NCBI GenBank assembly: GCA_020696385.1 | Contig: JAEHCQ010000010.1 | Coordinates: forward strand, 1 to 30,702 | From: Methanobacteriota archaeon | Lineage (GTDB): Archaea; Thermoplasmatota; Thermoplasmata; SG8-5; JAGLSY01 | Reading direction: 5' to 3' | Length of the DNA stretch: 30,702 nucleotides | Part shown: positions 25,116 to 30,702 of the stretch, in pieces | Numbering within the stretch: the stretch's first letter is position 1 | Layout: the number at the start of each line of letters is the position of its first letter | The notes under the pieces: generated by a model | Databases searched by the model: none | Told to the model about the DNA's origin: nothing | The model's input: only the letters and a program-made list of their open reading frames with translations | Position numbers and translations under genes: made by a program

Positions 25116-25648
25116 GGAGATTGCTCCCAGTCTAATACCCTTATAGAGTGTTCCCAATCTATTTCCCAGTATGTTGCGCCATCCTCCGCCACTAATTCTT
25201 TTAATTCGTGTGTAAGGTGATATACGCCATCCTGTTTTATCTGGATCTCATTGTATGATTCGTTAAAATAAAGATCGTGTATCATCCAGATATTATCTGG
25301 CCTGGTTAATTGGATTGTGTAATTTCCAGTTGGGAGCCTAACACTTCGATCACTACTAAGTGCAGTTTCCCCATATTGCCATGTTTGATTATCGGGTGTT
25401 CTGTAATTTCGTGATGTTATCTGTATGATATAGCCTTCGCCATCATCCATTTTGTTTTTTAGTTCCAGTTGGGTCGTTTCCAAGTCCTCGGCTGTCCATG
25501 TCGTGTCCAGGAATGTCATAAACCTTTGGTGTTCTGGCTCGTATTGGTCTGGGTGTGTTACGTCATACAATAGATATCCGGCACTGCCCCCGATAAATAA
25601 AAATCCAATCAATACCCAGCCCAATAGTTTATCTGTGTTTTTCATCAA
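25112..25648 (-). CDS. N-terminally anchored membrane protein
   Basis: LLGWVLIGFLFIGGSAGYLLY TM followed by a beta-rich ectodomain (LPTGNYTIQL); start probably ATG 25645. Confidence 0.8.
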   Translation of the reverse strand: MMKNTDKLLGWVLIGFLFIGGSAGYLLYDVTHPDQYEPEHQRFMTFLDTTWTAEDLETTQLELKNKMDDGEGYIIQITSRNYRTPDNQTWQYGETALSSDRSVRLPTGNYTIQLTRPDNIWMIHDLYFNESYNEIQIKQDGVYHLTHELKELVAEDGATYWEIDWEHSIRVLDWEQSP

Positions 25649-25730
25649 ATACGCCCCTGTTTATATAGTTTCATAATTAGGAATGGATCTCCCCCACCCA
25701 ATACTAATAAAATGGCTTTAGTGTGGTTGG

Positions 25731-25883
25731 TCATGGATTTACCTCTAAGAATTTATCTATTGGTATGGATTTGAGTTTTCCATTAGCCTTTGTTACTTTG
25801 ATATTCTGGCCAGCTATATCATTAATGATTGCTGAACAGTATATTTCCCTCACTCTACCAGTTTCTAAATATGTTATTTTCAT
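25731..25883 (-). CDS. 50-aa hypothetical protein
   Basis: MKITYLETGRVREIYCSAII...; GGAGG RBS; TGATG coupling. Confidence 0.6.
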   Translation of the reverse strand: MKITYLETGRVREIYCSAIINDIAGQNIKVTKANGKLKSIPIDKFLEVNP

Positions 25884-26455
25884 CAAATACGCCTCCTTAG
25901 ATACTCTTTTTCATCTGAATTTAAGAATTGAACTCCATACCTGGCGATCTTTAGCCCGATAGTGCCTTTACAATGGCGATGCTTGGAGAATCCCATGCAC
26001 TCACAATGTGTTAGGCCAGATTCGTATAATATCGAGCCGTGAAGCTTGTCGGGATCTTCTGAGCTTGGATGGGTGGTTGTGGCTATTGCCTTCGGCATAC
26101 TGCTTAATTGGATTGGCTGGCGGTCACGGTCTTGGAGATATACGCGCTTGTAGGTGTTTACCTTTCGCGATTTCTTCGATATTGTGCAGGGTCTTTTTTC
26201 ACATTTGACTATAAGGCAATATGGTGGCTGGCTGAGATCTGTTAGCCTGGGGCTTATTTGGTTAGGGTCCAGGGAGCTGTACATTCCTCTATCGTGGCCA
26301 TAGTGTAATAATTCCTTTGCTGTCGATCCCGGATACATTTCCACCATGTCCAGAGCTTTTAATCGCATTATGTCGGCTGTGCCATCCTGGATTATTTCAT
26401 CGAACACATCTAAGGATACAGGGTCGAATATGCGGGGCTTTGTGGCTATGGTCAT
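25883..26455 (-). CDS. wHTH protein with C-terminal SWIM-like zinc finger
   Basis: GSTAKELL...NQISPRLTDL...KRPCTISKK wHTH pattern; HCECMGFSKHRHCK; likely start MTIATKPR. Confidence 0.75.
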   Translation of the reverse strand: MTIATKPRIFDPVSLDVFDEIIQDGTADIMRLKALDMVEMYPGSTAKELLHYGHDRGMYSSLDPNQISPRLTDLSQPPYCLIVKCEKRPCTISKKSRKVNTYKRVYLQDRDRQPIQLSSMPKAIATTTHPSSEDPDKLHGSILYESGLTHCECMGFSKHRHCKGTIGLKIARYGVQFLNSDEKEYLRRRI

Positions 26456-26625
26456 GCGTACAACCCCCATGTGAGTGTTGTTGCCAAATTGTACATTGCC
26501 TGTAATAACGCTATGTGGATCGGTGTTTCAGGATATTCTTCCCTAATGCTTGCAGATTCCCACACGATTGATATGAATAATACAGTTATAAGGATGTATA
26601 TTATAAATGAGCCTGGGTGCATCAT
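26452..26625 (-). CDS. 57-aa membrane micro-protein
   Basis: MMHPGSFIIYILITVLFISIVW...; coupled at both ends. Confidence 0.6.
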   Translation of the reverse strand: MMHPGSFIIYILITVLFISIVWESASIREEYPETPIHIALLQAMYNLATTLTWGLYA

Positions 26626-26689
26626 GCTACTTCGACCCCCTTTACGAAAATGTTTAAACTGCCGTTCCATGGTGTTAACATTTTGATAA

Positions 26690-27688
26690 TCATGCGCACT
26701 CAACTCCTTCGTTTGGTCTTTCATCTGCTTTGAGGCCCGGGGGGATCGGGTCGGTTGGGGTGGGTGGTGTTGTTTGTTCTGGCTCTGGCTGATTGAATTT
26801 AGATAGTAAATCATTAAGAGCTTTCTTACTGTCTGCCTGGTCGTGTATAAGATTTGCTACCGTGGACATTAGTATATCATTCTGTGCGTGTAAGTATTGG
26901 AGCTCCTTCAACATCTTGTTTTGAATCTCAGGCATATCTTCCCAAGCCTGGACCTTCTCAGAAACTTCGGTAGGATCTGAGCCTTTGAAATTTATCTCAC
27001 CTTCAAGTTTGCTGGCATCCAAGTGTCCGCTTACATACCCATATTCACCATGTAGAGCTCTTGTTACTTCATCAGATATCTCTATTGTGATATTCTTTCC
27101 AGGTTCGCCAGTACCTAATATAAAACCGAATTGCCTTTGTAGTAGGTGAGCTCCACTATCGCATATTGCCCGGGCTCTCAATAGCAGGGTGTTCTTATCC
27201 TTGCCAATCATACTCAATGGCTCTATGGTCAGGCTGATCGGTTTACCGTCATTGGTTTCATTAAGTCGGATATTACAATCTTTCCAGTTATCGATCTTCT
27301 GGATCCAATTATTCATCTGAACTATGTTCGGGGTGAATATCTCGCCCTTCTTGATGATCGGGTATTTTACCGAATAACCTTCGAGAGAATAAATGGTCTT
27401 TTGAGATTGCAGAATATCGGGGTGTTCGAGAGTTATGCAATTTCGGAGTTCTGTTAGCTTCTGGCCTCCTTTGTATGTGAGGTCAAAAAGTTGAGGTCTT
27501 GTATTTGGGATCCTTAAAATAAGTTCTTCGTCATTTTCCAAAATATCTAACCATCTGCCTAAAGTTGGATTTGACACTTTCCCATTTTTGTTTAATGATG
27601 CCAATGCTCTTTTTCTGTCCTGTTTGTCTTTGAAAAGATTGAGTATTTTAAGCAGTTTCTTATCGTCTAATTCTCTTGGCCGGGCCAC
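26690..27688 (-). CDS. N-terminal winged-helix protein, putative replication initiator/regulator
   Basis: VSNPTLGRWLDILENDEELILR...FDLTYKGGQKL wHTH; C-terminal coiled coil and Pro-rich tail; adjacent iteron-like repeats. Confidence 0.75.
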   Translation of the reverse strand: MARPRELDDKKLLKILNLFKDKQDRKRALASLNKNGKVSNPTLGRWLDILENDEELILRIPNTRPQLFDLTYKGGQKLTELRNCITLEHPDILQSQKTIYSLEGYSVKYPIIKKGEIFTPNIVQMNNWIQKIDNWKDCNIRLNETNDGKPISLTIEPLSMIGKDKNTLLLRARAICDSGAHLLQRQFGFILGTGEPGKNITIEISDEVTRALHGEYGYVSGHLDASKLEGEINFKGSDPTEVSEKVQAWEDMPEIQNKMLKELQYLHAQNDILMSTVANLIHDQADSKKALNDLLSKFNQPEPEQTTPPTPTDPIPPGLKADERPNEGVECA

Positions 27689-27711
27689 TATGAACCCCCC
27701 TGGTGAGATTG

Positions 27712-27755
27712 CACATTATGAAATTTCAAATTAGCCAGATTATGCAATTTCAAAT
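27712..27755. repeat. Two 20-bp imperfect direct repeats (iteron/operator-like)
   Basis: CACATTATGAAATTTCAAAT (27712-27731) and CAGATTATGCAATTTCAAAT (27736-27755), 18/20 identical; core TTATGCAATTTC recurs at 27433-27444. Confidence 0.75.
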
Positions 27756-27776
27756 ATTTGGGCAATATTACGCCCC

Positions 27777-27929
27777 CTAATTGAACGCCCCTAATTCGAT
27801 CCTTGTTTCCCCTGCTAATTCGCTTTCTATTAACCCTTTGATATAAGGTAAATCTTCGGGGTTCTTCTCGATCACCGTAACTATTCTCAACATCGCGGAA
27901 TATACCGCTACTTTTGATTCGTTTGACAT
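27777..27929 (-). CDS. 50-aa hypothetical protein whose start codon lies inside the inverted repeat
   Basis: Manual translation MSNESKVAVYSAMLRIVTVIEKNPEDLPYIKGLIESELAGETRIELGAFN. Confidence 0.6.
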   Translation of the reverse strand: MSNESKVAVYSAMLRIVTVIEKNPEDLPYIKGLIESELAGETRIELGAFN

Positions 27930-28022
27930 TTTGATTACCGAGCCTTACAATGTTGGGGATTGATATAAAAGTTTCGATGTGAGAATCATTAGGGGGCGGG
28001 GTCGGGTGGTAATCAAAATGTC
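27925..28022. promoter_or_regulatory. TATA promoter enclosed by perfect 15-bp inverted repeats (candidate invertible switch)
   Basis: GACATTTTGATTACC (27925-27939) and GGTAATCAAAATGTC (28008-28022); 68-bp spacer with minus-strand GAAACTTTTATAT (27975-27963). Confidence 0.7.
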
Positions 28023-28091
28023 TAAAAGACAATTGTCCCGGCCCTGCCTTTCCCTGGTTGATTGGAGAATGTGAGAGGTGTATATTAAGGT

Positions 28092-28706
28092 TCATGCTGT
28101 GGCACTCTCCGATTGTGGTTCGGTAATATCTAACTGCAGTTTGTCTTTTTTGTAAATAGAAAAATAAGAAGTCAGATACACGCCTTTGTATATTCCGATT
28201 TGTGGGATGTCCCTTAACCAACCATACCCATTCCCATTTAATCGGATATAGATTTCATGGTTCCATGGGTGGGCTGATTTACAAATCAGTACACCACCAG
28301 GTTTTATTATTTTAGAAATCTGCTCTAGAGATTCATCCAGGAATTTGGGGAAGTCCTCTTTTTCCATGGGGCAGTATTTCTGAATCATGTCGTTTAACCC
28401 ACCTGATTTCGATGGCCACGGCGGATCGTAAACATATCCGTCTGCAGTGTTAAATAGTTCTTCTGGAGGTTCTGTAATATCGCATATATAATCCAAATCC
28501 TTTAATTCCCTGATATCGCCAAATATGAAATTATAATCTGTATCGTCCAGGGTTCTATTTCCATTCATCTTCCGATACATCCGCCTCTCGCCAGCGCATA
28601 AATCGATTATTGTGGCTGGAGGTGGTATGAAGTGTCTTAGTATCTTGGCGAACTCTGTACCAGTGTTGGCTTTCCAGCCGATTATCACATTTCCAACTCG
28701 GCTCAT
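28092..28706 (-). CDS. Orphan amino-DNA methyltransferase (m6A/m4C type)
   Basis: Motif I IIDLCAG; motif IV YVYDPPW; IIKPGGVLICK. Confidence 0.85.
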   Translation of the reverse strand: MSRVGNVIIGWKANTGTEFAKILRHFIPPPATIIDLCAGERRMYRKMNGNRTLDDTDYNFIFGDIRELKDLDYICDITEPPEELFNTADGYVYDPPWPSKSGGLNDMIQKYCPMEKEDFPKFLDESLEQISKIIKPGGVLICKSAHPWNHEIYIRLNGNGYGWLRDIPQIGIYKGVYLTSYFSIYKKDKLQLDITEPQSESATA

Positions 28707-28879
28707 GCGGTTGGACCTCCATCCAGCTCGAACACTGTTGGCCTGTGAAAGTCCTCTAAGTTTAGTAGATCGTGATCAACCTGGCCAGTTCCCTTACAGG
28801 CTCGGCATCCACATAAGATAACTTTGTTGTGCGGGTCTGTGTAAAGATAGCCCTCGCCTTTGCATACTGGACACTTCAA
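28703..28879 (-). CDS. 58-aa DnaJ-type CxxCxGxG zinc-finger micro-protein
   Basis: Manual translation MKCPVCKGEGYLY...CRACKGTGQV...; TTGA and ATGA overlaps. Confidence 0.72.
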   Translation of the reverse strand: MKCPVCKGEGYLYTDPHNKVILCGCRACKGTGQVDHDLLNLEDFHRPTVFELDGGPTA

Positions 28880-29043
28880 ACACTCGCCCCCTTACACCCT
28901 TCGCACAATATCAGATCATCCCTGGAAGCAATACAACCACATCCGAATGTGATTGTCCTGCGTGCTGTGACTGTGATAGTATCTTCTCGCGCTGTGGCCT
29001 TTGTTGGCGTTCTGGTGGGTTCGTGGAAGTCCTGGAGGTTCAT
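28876..29043 (-). CDS. 55-aa Cys-containing micro-protein
   Basis: MNLQDFHEPTRTPT...FGCGC...LCEGCKGASV; coupled at both ends. Confidence 0.62.
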   Translation of the reverse strand: MNLQDFHEPTRTPTKATAREDTITVTARRTITFGCGCIASRDDLILCEGCKGASV

Positions 29044-29288
29044 GCGGTGGCCTCCTTGAACATATCTATGAAACTATCCGCTATTTCGATAGGTATCTGG
29101 ATGTGTTGAATCGGCTGAAATAATGATTGTTTGCCATCTTCCATTTCCACATACTTCATAACATCCAGGCATTTGCTACCGTCTGGCCATGTCTTAATCC
29201 ATCCTTTTAGAAGTGTCCTTTTGCCATTGCCTAATGCGTCTAAAGGTATTATTCCAGCCAGTTCCCTATTTATCCATTTCTGGCTCAT
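29040..29288 (-). CDS. Small protein, possibly PC4/YdbC-like ssDNA-binding
   Basis: WIKTWPDGSKCLDVMKYVEMEDG...IQIPIEIADSFIDMF resembles the PC4 strand/helix pattern (weak, by eye). Confidence 0.55.
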   Translation of the reverse strand: MSQKWINRELAGIIPLDALGNGKRTLLKGWIKTWPDGSKCLDVMKYVEMEDGKQSLFQPIQHIQIPIEIADSFIDMFKEATA

Positions 29289-29328
29289 GCCCCGGCCCCC
29301 TTCAAAAAAATAAAGGGTGGGCTATTCA

Positions 29329-29517
29329 TTAATGTTTGAATATGCCCATTAGTTGAGGTAGTGCTTCCCTTCCGATATGACCCTCTACAATGTGCCTTAT
29401 GTCCGTTGAATCGGCCTCTGGATGGCTTTCCATGTAAAGGATTGTATCTAACGATCCCCTCAAATACTCTATACTTAAACTCCCCTCGTACACTTCTATC
29501 ATGGGTTGATGCCCCAA
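29329..29517 (-). CDS. Hypothetical protein
   Basis: 62 aa with protein-like composition; TATTTAAATA upstream at about 29540-29549. Confidence 0.5.
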   Translation of the reverse strand: MGHQPMIEVYEGSLSIEYLRGSLDTILYMESHPEADSTDIRHIVEGHIGREALPQLMGIFKH

Positions 29518-29707
29518 AACACATCAACCGTGTTAAGGTATTTAAATATTGAGTATGGGCGGGGTTTGGTGGCAGTAAACTGACTTCAAAAGTGGGGAGG
29601 GGAGAGAATAAGACCGGGGCATCAACACCATGATCTAATCCTTCCCCTTTGGTCCCCATGTTACGATTGTTCATTTTGCTATTAATAAATTCCCCTAACA
29701 TTTTCTT

Positions 29708-29782
29708 AAAAAAAAGGGTGGCCTGACCGGAAAGAAAGAGTTGAAAAACACGGGGAGAGGAAGCCCCTGGAAAGGTCAGGCC
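29708..29782 (-). terminator. Long-loop hairpin + T8 tract (terminator or small RNA)
   Basis: GGCCTGACC/GGTCAGGCC (29720-28/29774-82); inner GGGG/CCCC; minus-strand ACCCTTTTTTTT. Confidence 0.55.
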
Positions 29783-29949
29783 GTTGATCGTCATTTATGG
29801 TTGCCCCTGAGTGGTGGGGCTTGACCCTGGTGGGGTTTCTTCACATTCATGTGGTTTGGATTTGTCATATCTCTCACCGCATAATCTACAATCTGTGACA
29901 ATTGTGGGTATGTAACCAGTGCCATTACTTGCGAATCCATCTGAATAGC

Positions 29950-30210
29950 TCATAATGAACCCCCTTTGATTTTAGTGACAAAAGAACCCGCGCCAATCGT
30001 TGAACTCCTGGCGAGGCTTCCACCTTCGTTCTCTGCTTCGTGCATGATGTACAGATCCACTTCATCCCTCTGGATTGGTGTGTTTATGCCGTCATTCGCT
30101 TCCAGCCAATCGAGATATGCATCGTGCGGAACATCTGGAATCCCCATATCGAACCATAACTTTTGTGCGTATGCCTCCGGCTCCATCCCTGGGAGTGGGT
30201 TGGATATCAT
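29950..30210 (-). CDS. Hypothetical protein
   Basis: 86 aa; GGAGG RBS; ATGA-coupled. Confidence 0.7.
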   Translation of the reverse strand: MISNPLPGMEPEAYAQKLWFDMGIPDVPHDAYLDWLEANDGINTPIQRDEVDLYIMHEAENEGGSLARSSTIGAGSFVTKIKGGSL

Positions 30211-30452
30211 GCGGTGGCCTCCCCAACTGGCTTTAATTGGATTTGTAAAATCATATCATCCTCGAACATGGATGATCCTCTGATTTCCTCTGGTAAATGC
30301 ATCCGTGGGATTAAACGAACATGAGCTATATCGACCCTCATAGTTTCCCCAGTTTCCTCGCAAATCAGCGTTAAATGGGCATCCCTGTACTCGATTGTCT
30401 TGGTTCCGTTCTTGATTTGGTCAAAATATCTCTTTTTGATTGGTAGTTTCAT
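30207..30452 (-). CDS. ASCH-domain protein
   Basis: MKLPIKKRYFDQIKNGTKTIEYRD (GxKxxExR signature); AGGAGG RBS. Confidence 0.85.
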   Translation of the reverse strand: MKLPIKKRYFDQIKNGTKTIEYRDAHLTLICEETGETMRVDIAHVRLIPRMHLPEEIRGSSMFEDDMILQIQLKPVGEATA

Positions 30453-30625
30453 AAAATTCCTCCTGTTATTGATTGCTCGATGTGATCTGAAATAAAATTA
30501 TCTGGGCTTTCGCTGATATTGACTGAATTTTCCTCGTTGAAATCTTTTACAATTTTAACATAGGCCAGGGACAAAAACCCGAAATTCGTACCCCATGCCT
30601 CTATGTCTGGCTTATAGGGTAATGT

Positions 30626-30702
30626 ATATATATTGTTAGGGTTCAGAGAATTGCTGGCTCCGATGTTTCGGGGTATGAAATCGCTGTTTTTGTCCCCGGG
30701 CG
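30626..30702 (+). repeat. Terminal direct repeat, right copy (circularisation overlap)
   Basis: Exact copy of 1-77, including the integrase 3' end. Confidence 0.97.

Larger units (their letters stand above)
1..30625. mobile_element. Complete circular genome of a putative temperate enveloped (pleolipovirus-like or spindle-like) archaeal virus / integrative element
   Basis: Terminal 77-bp identity. Encodes an integrase, a membrane-protein structural operon, an extrusion-type ATPase and many tiny coupled ORFs. No housekeeping genes and no recognisable HK97/jelly-roll capsid, terminase or portal. Confidence 0.85.

Noticed and set aside
27688-28221. 177-aa ORF
   Set aside because: It overlaps the MTase and runs through the IR promoter and repeats. 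The 50-aa ORF at 27777-27929 is more protein-like.
29285-29794. 169-aa ORF
   Set aside because: It crosses a hairpin/T8 terminator-like element and a TATA-like box, has atypical composition and overlaps the 62-aa ORF.

Overview
The window looks like one complete circular replicon of about 30,625 bp. Bases 1-77 repeat exactly at 30626-30702, which is probably a k=77 assembly overlap. Gene content suggests a temperate, enveloped archaeal virus or virus-like element with no recognisable capsid. Archaeal signals are TATA-type promoters and GGAGG/GGTG ribosome-binding sites; the integrase resembles my recollection of Thermoplasmata integrases, so the host assignment is inference only. Five modules are visible. 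(1) An intact tyrosine integrase, a Zn-finger/left-handed beta-helix O-acetyltransferase, micro-ORFs and a divergent RHH/wHTH regulator pair (1-3700). (2) An operon with a DUF3560 protein (3735-6012). (3) A 12-kb minus-strand structural operon of almost only membrane proteins: a putative major envelope protein, a CPBP intramembrane protease, four small two-helix proteins, two giant sequon-rich spike/adhesin proteins and a 40% K/R protein (6203-18171). (4) A divergent operon of membrane proteins ending in a pleolipovirus/Zot-like P-loop ATPase (18425-23102). (5) A translationally coupled regulatory/replication region with a second, catalytic-domain-only tyrosine recombinase, a wHTH putative initiator with iteron-like repeats, an orphan DNA methyltransferase, and PC4-like and ASCH proteins (23527-30452). 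Three unexplained signals stand out. A TATA promoter sits between perfect 15-bp inverted repeats upstream of the putative replication genes, a candidate invertible switch for the FimB/E-sized recombinase. Locally paired 15-17-bp direct repeats made of RBS+stop/start bracket small accessory genes like cassettes. A strand-specific four-way-junction structure follows the ATPase gene. All family calls come from motifs read by eye; no database search was run.
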